Notes: generated from the letters alone by a model not told the origin. A DNA stretch of 64,000 nt from Azolla caroliniana (GCA_043228905.1 JBHGNT010000015.1:3348001-3412000), one strand, 5' to 3'. Counted from the stretch's first letter, positions 36,780 through 51,981 are shown. Numbers and translations are program-made.

Positions 36780-37240
36780 CTTCGCTCGGGAGTGGTCGAG
36801 CAGATGAATCAGACAATTCAAGAACAAATAGTGTCTATGCTCCAACACTCCGGACTATCAGATAGCTTATGGGCAGAGGCCATATATACGATAGTACACA
36901 TAATCAATATGTCGCCGAGTAGGCCTCTAGGACTTCAGATTCCTCAAGAATTATGGACTGACAATAAGTCAAATTACGACAAGTTTAGGATTTTCGGATG
37001 CGAGGCATATGCCCTCATGCCAAAAGACAATAACTGAAAGCTTCCACCAAGGTCCAAGAAATGTATCTCCTTGGCTATGGACTAGATGGCAACATTGGTT
37101 ACCAACTCTAGAACCCCAAGAACAAACAGATTGTCCAAAGTTCAGACATAGTGTTCAACGAGTCGGTCATGCACAAGACGACCCAAAGGCCTATTGAAGT
37201 TTGAAGGGTAACTTTTTCCAAAGCGTCAAACCTTCATGAT
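36780..37240 (+). mobile_element. Copia integrase fragment related to the element at 38465
   Basis: GVVEQMNQTIQE..LWAEA..RIFGCEAY; homologous to 40770-41230 on the minus strand. Confidence 0.8.
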
Positions 37241-37259
37241 CGTCACCCCCTAGTAACGA

Positions 37260-38464
<1,205 letters not shown>

Positions 38465-41229
38465 TGTTGGAGACACTGTTATCTAATGCGGAACAAAAAC
38501 CACACTCTTCTAGAAGAAGATCATAAGCGTGTGCAAGCAAGGTGGATTAATGGCAATCGTAGACAGAAATACAACTAGTACGCAAGAGAGAGAGAGAGAG
38601 AGATAGGCCCAATGTCAAGAATATATTGGAAGTTAAAACAACCTTACTAACTAGGTTACAAAGTCAGTTTATATACTGACTGACTTAGGGCAACTTCCCT
38701 TCTCACTATTTACATAAATCGTCTAAGCCTAGTGTGTACAAAGGAGACGATGTGAATACGTCCATTAGAAGCTTGTATTCAACACTCCCCTGTAATGGGC
38801 GTATACATCTGAAATATGTAAACCGAAATGAATGTACAATACAAATTGATACACGGTTTCCGAACAATCGAGAATTCATTCTAGTTGGTGAACTCCGAAG
38901 AGCAGAAGGCCGGATTGGTTGAGTTCGGAGAGACTGAAGCTGAAGTTCGAACTATCCAGGTCTATTATCTGAGAAACATCCTGAGTGTCCGATTTAATCA
39001 GATTGATTCTTCATTATGCCCAGTCGATGCCGAAGGGATCAAAATCGATCCGCCTAGAGACACTTGGTCAATGCATCCGCAACTTATCGGTTGTAGGTAC
39101 CTTCTTAAGGCCGATTTTCCCTGAAATGACGCAGTCCCGAACGAAATGATATCAAACATTGATATGCTTGGAGGCATTGTGATGAACTGGATTTTTCGAT
39201 AGATTGTCACTGTCACTGTAAACAATTGGAGCCGAGCTGATTTCGGCTTATCGAAATGTGCAGGCTAGTTGACCGACCCATAAGGCCTCTTTTGCCGCAT
39301 CAAATGCGGCTATGTATTCGGCCTTGGTCCTTGATGTGGCGGTTCACTCTTGAAGTTTCGATTTCCACGAGATCGCTCCATTGCTAAGTTTAAAACAATA
39401 TCCGGTTGTCGATTTACAACTGTCTACACAACTTGCAAAGTCCGAGTCGGTGTATCCGACTACGCCTGAGATGTCGTTCGGGCCGAATAGAATACCAAGG
39501 TCTTTTGTGCCCACCATATATCTGAACACATGTTTGACGGCGTTCCAATGCGATCGGCTAGGATTGTGCATAAATCTACTGTCGACTCCAACGGTGTGAG
39601 CGATCTCAGGCCGTGTTGCGACCATCGCGTACATCAGAGAGCTGGCTGTCGGTGCATATGGTACCGATCTCATAGTTTCCCCCTCCGGACCGGATGTCAG
39701 ACAGTTGCGCTAAGACAGACAAGTGCTAATGGGGAGCGAGGTTGAGGCAGATTTCGCCGATTACATGTTGAAGCATTCTAGGACACGACTGATGTAGTCA
39801 GATTGAGACAAAAACAATTGTCCTCGATTGTGATTCTGACTAATTTTCATACCAAGGATGTGTTGTGCTGGACTGAGGTCCTTCATGGCAAACTTCAACC
39901 GCAGTTGCCGAATAAGTTCGGTGAGTTCTCCGGCATGGTGACCGGAGATGAGCATGTCGTCCATGTAGATGATGAGGAAGATGGGTGATCCATCCCGAGT
40001 TGTTTTCGTGAAGAGATAGTGGTCCTTATCACTCTTTGAGAAGCCAATCAATTGGATGAAGTCGTTGAACTTCTTGTACCACTGTCGCGGCGCATGCTTC
40101 AGGCCGTAAAGACTGTTCTTGACTCGGTAGACTAGATGTTCTTGGCTGGATACCACGAAGCCTTTTGGCTGCTCCATATAAATTTCCTCCTCAAGATCAC
40201 CATGGAGGAAAGCTGTTTTGACATCTAGTTGAATCAGCTCCAAATTCTCGGCTGCCACGACGCTGAGCATAAAGCGAAGGGTGATCATTTTCACCACTGG
40301 TGAAAAGATTTCGGCGAAGTCGACACCGTATTCTTGTCAAAAACCCTTGGCTACTTATTTGGCCTTGAATTTTGGGGTGGCCGAATCGGACGTCTCCTTA
40401 ACTTGATAGACCCACTTACATGGAAGAGCACGTCGATTCTTCGGTAATTCGACCAAGTCCCAAGTGTTGTTTGCACGAATGGAGTTCATTTCAGACTCCA
40501 TTGCCAAATGCCAGGTGGCCGAGTCGGCTGATGCCGATGCTTCTATGTATAACGTCAGTTCTCTAGTGTTCGTGAAGTAGATACCAAGAGAGTATCTCGC
40601 CAAGGGTTCCGACAATCTCTCGGATCGTCGAGGTATGACTGGACTAGTCACATCGGGTGTCGTGGTCGGATGGTCTAGAGCCGAGTCATTTGGCTGTGCC
40701 AAGTCCGACATTGCCGAGTCGGTGTTAGAGGGTTCAGCTACCTATGAAGCTGACCGCGTGTTGTGAGCTTGGCCTTCATGAAGGGTTGGCACATCAGAGA
40801 AAATGACCCTTCAGACTTCGATTGGTTTTTCGATCGATCGATGCATGGCTGACTCGTTGAACATGACGTTCGAACTTTGAACGATCTGTTTGTGCGTGGG
40901 GTCCCAGAGTCAGTATCCTATTTTGCCATTTGGTTCATAACTGAGAAAAATAGATTTCCTGGACCTTGGTGCAAGTTTGCGACGATCATCTTTCGGGATG
41001 AGGGTGTACGCCTCACATCCGAAAATCCTCAGCTTGTCATAATTCGGCTTACTGCCAGTCTATAATTCCGGAGGGATCTGAAGTCCTAGAGGCCTACTCA
41101 ACGACATATTGATTATGTGTACTGTCGTAAGTAGGGCCTCTGTGTAGAAGCCATTTGAGAGTCCGGAGTGTTGGAGCATGGAAACTATCCTTTCTTGAAT
41201 TGTCTAATTCATCCGCTCTGCAATTCCAT

Positions 41230-41890
41230 TTTGCTCTAGACTATGGGGTGCCGTAAATTCTCCTTTTATACCCCGTTGTAGGCAAAATTTGACGAATTCC
41301 TCTTATTTGAACTCCCCCCCGTTATCAGTCCGAAATCATTTCAGTTTTTAACCGTACTGATTCTCCACCATAGCGAGCCAATCAGAGAAGATCGAGAACA
41401 CTCGATCTTTCGTTTTGATCAATGAACCTTTTGAGTTGAGTCGTCAATGAAGCTGACGAAATACAAAGCATTGTTGAGAGAGTGATATGGCATAGGACCA
41501 CAAACGTCTGAGTGGACCAAATCGAGCGGACTCGCTTCTCTCGGGGCGGTTTAGGGTTTAGGGTATAGGGTTTGCTCTGGACTATGGGATGTCGTAAATT
41601 CTCCTTTTATACCCTGTTGTAGGCAAAATTTGACGAATTCCTCTTATTTGAACTCTCCCCCGTTATCAGTCCGAAATCATTTCAGTTTTTAACCGGACTG
41701 ATTCTCCACCATAGCGAGCCAATTGGAGAAGATCGAGAACACTCGATCTTTCGTTTTGATCAATGAACCTTCCGAGTTGAGTCATCAATGAAGCTGATGA
41801 AATACAAAGCATTGTTGAGAGAGTGATATGGCATAGGACCACAAACGTTCGAGTGGACCAAATCGAGCGGACTCGCTTCTCCCGGGGTGG
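41230..41890. repeat. 320-bp tandem duplication of Copia integrase separated by three telomere repeats
   Basis: 41230-41549 matches 41571-41890. Spacer TTTAGGGTTTAGGGTATAGGG at 41550-41570. Confidence 0.92.
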
Positions 41891-43399
41891 ATGACGGGTG
41901 TGTCGCGGTTGTCTGTTTTCCGTATTGGTAATGCTCGCAGAATTGATGATCCGAGAAGGAGAGTTTGGGGATGTATCCGGCTCTAGATAAGTGCATGATG
42001 CCGGCCTTGCTGAGGTGTTTGAGTCGTCCATGCCATAGTGATGACATTGGGATGTCAACTAGAAACAGGTCACCCTCTCTAAGTGTGACGTGCAAAGGAT
42101 ACAATGAGTGTATCTTCGGTCCTCGAGCAAGCAGGAGATTCCCCCTCTGGAGCGTCCACCCTCCTGATGGGAAGCCATCACGAATGCCGTCTTCATCCAA
42201 TTGTCCGACTAAGATCAGTGGACTTGAGAGCTCAAGTATATGTCAGACATTGTGTAGTACTAATGTAGAGCCACCCGTAAGGTTGAACTCTACCCGAATC
42301 TAAGAGCCATGTGCTCGATTCTGTAGTCGTAAGTAGAACTTTTGATTCAACTGTGTTCTCAATTGATAGTATGTTCGGGTCGTTTGATAATACCTCAGTT
42401 GTAGAGCCGACGTTGTCGTGAAGATTTTCGGCGATAGTGTGAAACTTGAAACAGACATCTAATTGTCAAGTTATGTGAGTATGAAGTTTGCAAAGAAGAA
42501 GAGAAATCAATGTGATGTCCCACATAGACAGGACAAATAAGGATCCCACCATATATAAGGCAGAGCAAAAGCTATTATCTTTGTGTGGGGCATAGAAAGG
42601 TTAAGTTGTATGACTTAATGAATGGATGTAGCCAAATGCATATAACTATGTGTTCCGGACGGATCCGACGACGACATCCGGAGACTGGCGGCATCCGACA
42701 ACGGCGACGACGACGGACGACCGGACGGAGAAACGCCTTGTAAAAAAAAACATTAATAATAAACATATATATATATATATATAATATGTATATTCAAAAG
42801 GAGTGCAAGTGAAGACTTGATCCTTGCACCTCCACATTGAGAGTTTAGAGACTTACCACTACGCTATGACATTTCCTTAAAAATATTTTTCTTATCATTA
42901 TAGTTTTACATGTAAATTCTCATATTAGAGCTTGATTGAGTGACATGTGATGCATGAGCGCCAAATGACAAACATGCATCACATGCATTCCATGCATTGT
43001 ATGCATGTCTTGTACCCTCGCATGCGTCACATGCATTCCATGCATTGTATGCATGTCTTGTACCCTCGCATGCGCCACATGCATGGGAGCATCTATAAAA
43101 GGATGGATGAAAAAGATCAAAGGGATGCTAGGTATGATTCAAGAATTGAAGAAGAAGAAAATTTGTTTTCCAATTGATAGTGTATCTTGTTTCTTAAACC
43201 TAAAGTCAAGGGTCCAATCTTAAGCTCTCTCTCAATCTAAAATTAAGCGTTCTATCTTATCTCAATCTCTCTCTCTTCCAATCTATCTTAATTCCTTTCT
43301 CACTAAAGCTACTGCAACTTCGAATACTTTTGGTCCAGAATCCCGGCGGTTCCGCCTCGCGATCCGCACGTAATGACGGATCTTCATGACATAATTAAG

Positions 43400-43417
43400 T
43401 GGTGAACTCGACGTGAA
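43400..43417 (+). promoter_or_regulatory. Primer-binding site complementary to tRNA-Trp
   Basis: TGGTGAACTCGACGTGAA here and TGGTGAACCCGATGTGAA in the minus-strand copy (63606-63623). The consensus is complementary to the plant tRNA-Trp 3' end TTCACGTCGGGTTCACCA (recalled, not searched). Confidence 0.8.
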
Positions 43418-46400
43418 AGAGGTGGTAGAAGGATCAAGTCGAGACCAATATTTCGAGATGGCATCCTCAAGCAATCAAGCGGGAGAGTTCGAAAAGATGA
43501 TGTTGATCGTCGAACAAATGATGAGATCTCGAGACAACGATGTGAGCGCGGAGAAGGCCGTCAACCGTGTCGTAGAGCTCGAGGGTCAATTCGACGGAAG
43601 GAATTTTACGAAGTTCCTTGATGCATACAAAAGGGAGATGAATCAAAGGGTCATGTCTGAAGCGCGACAAATCACAAGTTTCAAGAGAGTGGTCGCCAAC
43701 AATATCCAAAGACGCGTCATTGAGCTTCAAGAAGGGAATACAACGTGGTTGGAGTTCGCGACGGAAGATTTGTCGACGATGACTCGACATGCCTTGATGA
43801 AGTGGATAGAAAAGAAGAATAAGAAGATGAGCTCTTCGAGGGTGTATGACGAATTCGACCAAATGTTTCGTCGTCTCCCCGCCACAGACCAAGTGCTACT
43901 TGAGGAGGACAAAACTTTGTACTTCCTAAAGGCTGTGGATATAAAGGATAGACGAGAACTAGGTACAGTCCTCGAAGATGATACCCAAGCGAATGGGTTT
44001 GTGGTGGACTGGGTTGCGGTGAAGCGAGCATGCAATAGGTTCGACAAGCGTCGTCAGTGGGTTGATGACACCGACTTGGTGGGATCAACTGTCGCTGAGA
44101 AAACAAGACAACCGAAAGTAGCTGAGTTGCCCAAACAAAGCAGCTCGGAAGAAAAGAAGATTGACGACGACATCATCGAAGAGCTAGCGAAGAAGTTCGA
44201 GATGATCACACTAGCCAACATGAATCGTCGGGGCCCCAAAGGGAAAGAACCCTTTAGATGCGTGTGGTGAGATAGGATGGACCACATGAGAAGGGATTGC
44301 GCGAGCCTTCGAGAGGTGATCTAACAAAATATCGTATACATAGATGACAACATGATCTGCTCGACTGAAACTCGAAGACCCCTGCGGGTGAATTTCGGAA
44401 GAGGGGGAATGAAGAAATCTATGGAAGATGCTGAGGCGATTCATGTGGATGCGATGCACTTTGCTGCAACGACCGGAATAAGCGTCGGGAAAGACAAAAA
44501 TGAAGCTGCGAAAGTGGGAGCAATAGTTTTGGTCTTCCGTTCTTGAGTATGAGAAGATGGGGAAGGTCACATCGAACGAGGTAGAGCTTGCGGACCGACG
44601 CGTGCAAAGCATAACCGGGTAGTCGGATCCGGTGGATGACAACACCATACTCACGGAAGTGATGTGCGACAACCACGAGGTGTTCGTCGAAGAAAAGAGA
44701 AAAAGAATAAAAGAGCAAGGTCCATCAAAAAGACATGAAACAAGGAACAGGAAAAAGAAAGAAGATGCAGAGACGAGTCGACCCTTCCAAATGGAGGAAG
44801 GAGACGCAAGCCGAAAAACAGAGTCGAGCAAACGAGTCGAAGAAACAGTTCGGGCCGTGAAGATTGGTGTCGAAGACCCTGCTCGAAAGACAAGGACTAT
44901 GCCTACCTATAAGCTAAGGTCGGACATAGAGTAGACGACAAACCTGAAGAAGATTCTCGAGGAACGTGTTCTTGATAGCCACGTGACTTTGTCCTTGAGG
45001 GAACTACTCGACATTACGAAGAAGGAGTTCCACGACACGATCGTGGACCTTGTAAAGCGACAAAGGCAACAATCGGACAAAGAAGAAGAGAAGCCACTAA
45101 AAGTGAAAGCAAATGCCATAACGATGGCAAGAGACGAAGTCGATGAAGAAATGGTGGATAGCCACTATACTCGACCTCATTGGGCACGCGCGACAACGGA
45201 GACGCCAGTGAAGATCGGGGAGAAGAAAGAGACCGTGGTAGCCTTGATTGACCACGGCTTGGAGATCAACCTCATGTCAACCGACTTCTACAAAAAAGGA
45301 AGATGGCCAATCAATACAAATCGCGGATGGAAGATTCGCGCGGCAACAAAGACTACAGAGGACTTGTACAGAGCTTGTCCCAATGTTAAAGTCTTGATCG
45401 GGGATGTGGAGATGGATCAACAGTTCTTTGTGCAAGAATCGGCGTCACATCCTGTCATCCTAGGACAACCATATATCACATCATCTCAGATGGAAACCAA
45501 CGTGTTCGACAATGGTGTGGCATTTGCTCGAATAAAGAGTCTTGACAACCAAAGATCTGTTCAATTCCTAACGGTGCGAGCTAATCATGAAAGAAATCGA
45601 GACAGTCTTGGAGGTGAATCCTAAGATTTTTAGAACGAACTATTGGAGCATGGGGCACAAATTGTCCGAGCAATCACAAGTCCCCACAAGAAAATAGAGC
45701 ATGTGGATTGCAAGGAGAAGCAACATGTGTCACACCTTGGGGCGCATGTAAACTAGTACTACCCGACAAGAAGGACAAGCGTCGGATACAAGATTTCGAT
45801 AAGATGCTGAAAGAAGAAAACATAATAGAAGAAGAAGAGTTCGTGACTCATATTATGGAAGAAGCCTCATTTAACGACAACATTGGCGAAATCGAGGACG
45901 TCGTAGACTTGAGCTATCTTCACGACCAACGCGTGATTTCGGTTAACTCCATGAACATGTATGCTATCATCGATGAATACTATCATGGAATCTTGATGGA
46001 GGAAGCTGAAGTGAACACAAAATATAAAACAGTGGATAAGAAGATCAAGCCAGTTGCGGTTTCGCTACCGGAAGATAGCTGGCAAAAGATGAAGGAAGTC
46101 GCAAATAATCCAAGGTTAAGGGATCCGAAGGCAATAGGTCATGTCTTCACTGAAGAGACGAAGGCAAAGCTATGAGTTGGAAAGGAGGATTTCCTCCTCC
46201 CTGAAGAGGAGCGAAAGTTTCGTGAAATGCTTGAAAGGCATGGGAAAGCCTTCGCGTTCTCGCCCCAAGAAATCGGATGTGCCGACCCAAAGATTATAGA
46301 GCCAATGGTGATCTTCACGGTGCCGTATGTGCCTTGGAATTTGAAACCGATATTAGTTCCAAGAGCGCACCTTCCGAAGCTGATCGAGCTCTTAAAGGAG

Positions 46401-48582
46401 AAAGTGAATATGGGTATTCTAGAACCGTCGAATGCTCCTTACTCTAATAGGTGGTTCATGGTGCCGAAGAAGAATGGATCATTGCGATTCATCCAAGATC
46501 TTCAACCTGTCAACAAGGTGACAATTCGAAATGCTGGAATCGGTTCGAGCGTGGACGAATTTGCCGAGGCGTTTGCGGGCCGGTCCATCTATTCCATCAG
46601 TGATCTCTACTCCGGATATGACCAATTCCAATTGGCGATCGACAGTCGTGACATTACAACCATGAGGACTCCGATCGGGCTCGTGTGAATGTGTACCTTA
46701 CCTCAAGGTGCAATGAACTTGGTGGCTCATATGGTGAATGCCATGAACAAGGTCTTGAAGGATTGCATCCCAGACATCACGATGCCATTCTTCGATGATA
46801 TTCCAATAAAAGGATGTTCGGATGAAGAGAAGAATGAATCAAAAGATAAGGAAGGGTGTAGAAAGTTCGTCATGGATCATATCAAAGATTGTGAGAAGGT
46901 GCTCCAAAGGCTCGAAGATGCGAATTTGACATTTTCAGGAGAGAAATCTGCATTCGGGCAACTAGAGATCTTGGTGGTAGGTCACTTATGTGGAGCATAC
47001 GGCCGGAAGCCTTCGCCATCAAAGGTGAACGCGATCCAGTACATGAAAGAAGAATGCGTAAACCAAACGGAGGTTTGAAGGTTCCTTGGAGCATGCACAT
47101 TTTACCATATATGGATTCTGCACTACGCTCATGTCGCCGAGCCATTATATGGATTGCTAAAGAAAAGAGTGAAGTTCGAATGGCGTGACGAGCACACGAA
47201 CGCAATGCGAAGATTGAAGAAACTACTTCTTGAAGCTCCAGCACTAAGAAAGGCCGACTATACCGAAGGAAAGCCGATTTATGTGACTGTAGATACGAGC
47301 CCAACCGGAATCGGGTGGTTCATCAACCAAGAAGGAGAAGATAATGTGCGGGATGCCATCCGGTTCGGAGCAAAAGTTCTCAGCGAACGACAACAAAGAT
47401 ACGTCCAAATCAAGCGGGAACTTTGGGGTATTGTGTCAGCAGTGAAGACGAACAAAGATTACCTGATCGGGTCGGAAGTGATAATAGAGACAGATTTTCT
47501 CCCAATCCTCGGAATGATATTGGGATGTGCGACCCCAGATTTAGCTATGCTAAGGTGGATCGCCTATATCAAGTCTTTAAACCCAGAGATCCACCACATT
47601 GCAGGCAAGAAGAACGTCATGGCTGATATGTTGTCAAGGGCAAGATTTGAAAGTGAAAGTGACATGGTTTCGGAAGATGAAGACGTCACCCTCGACTTCT
47701 TCAAGATGGCTCGATTATAGGCGGAAGAAAAGGACACGCTAACCCTCCACGCCTTCAACGAGGACGAGTACAAAGGAGAGTGGTTACTGATTGGCAGATT
47801 CTTAAGAACAATGACGATAGATGCTTCGTTGACAAAGGAGGAGGCTTTACGAATCAAGAAGAAAGCTTATCGATACTTTCTGAAGGGAGGATTCCTTTGG
47901 CGACACCCAAAAAGAAGGATGGGAATACCACGCCGAGTGGTGGTGAAGAGCAAGTGACGCTAATGACCGAATTCCACGAGAGTGCTTGGGTAGGTCATAG
48001 AGGAACATGGGCAACATTCGAAAAGTTGAAGGAAAAGTATTGGTGGCCAAGCATGTACAAAGATGTACTCCATTTCGTGTCCACATGCGAAACATGCCAA
48101 GTACATTCAAATATACGTCATCGTGATGAGCTACGACCGACATACCCTCTCACCATACACTTCAAATGGATGGTGGATCTGGTCTCAATGCCAATGGGAG
48201 TGGGACAAATGAAGTACTCAATGCTTGACTAATCAAGTGGAAGGGCGGGCTTTGACAAATAAGACGATGTCAGCTGTTTGCAAATTTCTACTTGAAGAGG
48301 TTGTCTGCCGATACGGATGTGTGGGGAAGATAGTCGCCGGCTGAGGGGAGTTGGATGCACACGAAGCAACGGAGCTTTTCGAACAACTAGGCGTGAAGCT
48401 CTCCCCCACGACTGCCTACAATCCAGAAGCGAATGGGAAGATCGAACAAGGGCATGGACCCATCGTCAAAGCCATCGTGCGAGCATGCAACGGTCGAGTC
48501 GGGAATTGACCACGACTATTGCCCTATGCCTTGTGGACCGACAGAACGACACACAACTTGGTGACAGGGTATATGCCAACGG

Positions 48583-49553
48583 TTGGTGGGAGGTGTGGCA
48601 TGCAATCACGTTCCATTGGTTGATGTAAATCGCATTGCCGACAGTAGTCAACGACATCTTTTGTTGTAGTCGGCCACCATAGTCCACTATTCCAAATCTT
48701 TTTGGCGGTCATTTCTCTAGCACAATGGCCTCTAGCAATTCCACAATGCGCCTCCGGCAAAACCGTTTCCTTTTCAAATTGTCGAACCGTGCGCCACCAT
48801 ATTCCATCTGCTCCTTTATGGTATAACGTGTCATTTAATAGATAGAAATTCTGACTTCGAACTACTAGCCTTTTTCGTTCATCCATTGGCATCCCTTTCA
48901 ATGGCAATCTGGTACCAAGAAAGATTGCCATTTTTGTAATCCATGAATCATCCTTTTCATCATCTATTTACGTAGAATCCACCATGTCGACTCGGAAGAG
49001 TTTCAAGCGTCGGGAAAATCATCATTCACTCCTTTACCCGGCTCTCTCGACTCTAGTCGACTCAGATAGTCGGCTACTGCATGTTGAACCCCTGGCTGAT
49101 GATTTATATCAAATTCAAATTCCTGCAACAACAATGTCCATCTGGCTAGTTTACCTGTTAATTCTTGTTTTGACACCAAATATAATAATGCCGAATGATC
49201 CACATGAAATGTGAATTTTCGATCCAATAGGTAATGTCAGAATTTATTGACACTATATATCATTCCGAGAGCCTTGCGTTCTGTTGTCGAATAATTTCAT
49301 TCAATAGTTGATAGTTTCAGACTCGCGTAATAAACTGGCCTATACCAGTTCGGCTCCGACACCTGCATTAACAAACTGCCGATTGCCACATCGGATGCGT
49401 CGATGAAAACATGAAAATCTTTCCCCCAATCAAGAGGTTGTATGACTGGTACCTTGGTTAGCATCTTCTTTAGACAATCGTATGCATCTTGTTTGGTAGT
49501 TGTCCATTGAAATGACACTTTATGTAAGACTGCATGTAAGAACCCTTCCAGAA
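48583..49553 (-). mobile_element. Inserted RNase H-integrase fragment of an Athila-like Gypsy, related to the 19.7-20.65 kb region
   Basis: FHVFIDASD, WYRPVYYAS, QHAVADYLSRLES, GLWWPT. No LTR or TSD. Confidence 0.85.
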
Positions 49554-50442
49554 ATCAAAAGGACGATTGCCTCATGGGTAGCGATACCATGGGAGAACGA
49601 GATGAGCCGAGAAGAGTTATTAGCGGCACGGATAAGGCAACTTGAAAGGAGACCTGAAGATATAGCAAAAGTGCGAAAGATGTTGGAGGCAGCCCGAGTG
49701 AAGAACAAAATTCGGTTCGACAAGACGCGTCGATTGCGTCCCAAGAAGATCGAAGAAGGAGATTGGGTATTGGTCTACCACAATAGCCTTGACAATTAAC
49801 ACAATACAACCAGGAAGTTTGCAAGAAGATGGTTTGGACCGTATATAGTGATAGGTGCCAACGATAATGCAACATACCACCTTGCGGAGCTAGATGGATC
49901 AAGGCTAGCCATACCCATTGCGGGAAACAGAGTAAAGATTTTAAAGAAAAGACAAGACGAGGATCTTGACCTCGATCACCTCGACAATGAAGGTAATAGG
50001 GTGGATGTGAATGAAGACGTGGAAGAATCTAATTGATCACCGTCGCTGAAATCTTGCACTCTCTCTTCTTGGCACGTACCGGAAGATGTGCGGTTTGGTG
50101 GGGGTGGATGTCGTGAAGATTTTCGGTGATAGTGTGAAACTTGAAATAGACATCTAAGTGTCAAGTTATGTGGGTATGAAGTTTGCAAAGAAGAAGAGAA
50201 ATCAATGTGATGTCCCACATAGACAGGACAAATAAGGCTCCCATCGTATATAAGGCAGAGCAAAAGCTATTATCTTTGTCTGGAGCATAGAAAGGTTAAG
50301 TTGTATGACTTAATGAATGGATGTAGCCAAATGCATATAACTATGTGTTCCGGATGGATCTGGCGACCGACGGTAACTGGAGACCGATGACAGCGACGGA
50401 GCCGGCGAAACGACGACCGGACGGAGAAACGCCTTGATAATA

Positions 50443-50484
<42 letters not shown>

Positions 50485-50528
50485 GTATATTCAAATTCAA
50501 AAGGAGTCGGAGAAACGCCTTGATAATA

Positions 50529-50574
<46 letters not shown>

Positions 50575-51981
50575 GTATATTCAAATTCAAAAGGAGTGCA
50601 AGTGAGGACTTGATCCTTGCACCTTCACGTTGAGAGTCTATAGACTTACCACTAGGCTATGACATTTCCTTAAAAATGTTTTTCTTATCATTATAATTTT
50701 ACATATAAATTCTCATATTAGAGCTTGATTGAGTGACATGTGATGCATGAGCGCCAAATGGCAAACATGCATCACATGCATTCCATGCATTGTATGCATG
50801 TCTTGTACCCTCGCATGCGTCACATGCATGGGAGCATCTATAAAAGGATGGATGAAAAAGATCAAAGGGATGCTAGGTATGATTCAAGAATTGAAGAAGA
50901 AGAAAATTCGCTCTCCAATTGATAGTGTATCTTGTTTCTTAAACCTAAAGTCAAGGGTCCAATCTTAAGCTCTCTCTCAATCTAAAATTAAGCGTTCTAT
51001 CTTATCTCAATCTCTCTCTCTTCCAATCTATCTTAATTCCTTTCTCGCTAAAGCTACTGCAACTTCGAATCCTTCTGGTCCAGAATCCCAACGGTTCTGC
51101 CTCGCGATCCGCACGTAATGACGGATCTTCATGACAACGTAGTTGATCTCCTCGTGTCCGCCACTCTTCTGATTGGCTCGTTGAGCCTTATCATTTTTGG
51201 CCTTGAGTGCATGACAATGAGCTTTGATGTGTCTGGGTTTCTTGTAGTAATTGCAAATTCAATTATCCCAGGACTTGCTCCGACTTCGCTGATTGTTCGG
51301 CTGCCGTGAAGAACCGTTTCCACGGTTGTTCGATCGATTGGTTGAACCTTGTACTACGTACGAGTCGTTGGCTGAATCGTTTGCAACGATTTTCTCTGAG
51401 CTGCTTTTGTTAGAATTGCACTTGTGACTGAAGAGTACTTGATGACAACTATCGATTGTGGTTGTGTGTTGCAACCGCCGGGGTTCTGTGACTCGGGGAT
51501 GATCAGGGTGACAAGGCGTAATCGAAGATCGTGCGATGACAAGAAGCCGAGAAGGCAAGATAAATGCGACGTTGTTGCGAAAAGAGTCTTATTTGTAAAA
51601 CAACCACTTACAATATTTATTTGCCAAAAGTTACTTGGCAAGACTTGAACTCACGAACTCTATTTGAGAAAACATTTAAGATAGACCACTTCAATCTCTT
51701 TGGTTTCCAGTTGTTTATTTTTCTCTTTCACTTTATATATACTAAATTTATATTCAAAGAAGAAGATGTTCTAACAGGTTTCAAACTCACGACCTTTTAT
51801 TTAAAAAGAGGAATCTAAGATACACCATTTCAACTTCTTCCTTGTCTTCTATTTCCTTTCTTTTCTTTAACTCTTGTCGTGATTTATGCTGGCCACCATC
51901 TTCTTTAGCGAGTTTTGCATCCCACACCCACGCGAGCTTCTTGACTCGATTTTCCTTCCTCTTCTTCTCCTTCTTCCCCTT

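Larger units (their letters stand above)
42414..51136 (+). mobile_element. Full-length, degenerate non-chromovirus Gypsy (possibly Phygy/Selgy-like); LTRs 42414-43391 and 50109-51136
   Basis: TGTCGTGAAG..CTTCATGACA LTRs; 4-bp TSD ACGT; PBS at 43400; PPT before 50109. gag, protease ALIDHG, RT DLYSGYDQ/LPQG/FFDD, RH VDTSP, integrase HRG..CETC. Confidence 0.93.
38465..51570 (-). mobile_element. Copia element: 3' LTR 38465-38784, PPT, RH-RT-INT-PR to 42413, gag resuming at 51141; 5' end missing
   Basis: ISWKSKLQ, YTDSD, QLDVKTAFLHG, YMDD, LWHGRL, WLLDSG. Coding continuity EEINYVGST across the Gypsy insertion; zinc-knuckle remnant at ~51200-51260. Confidence 0.9.
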
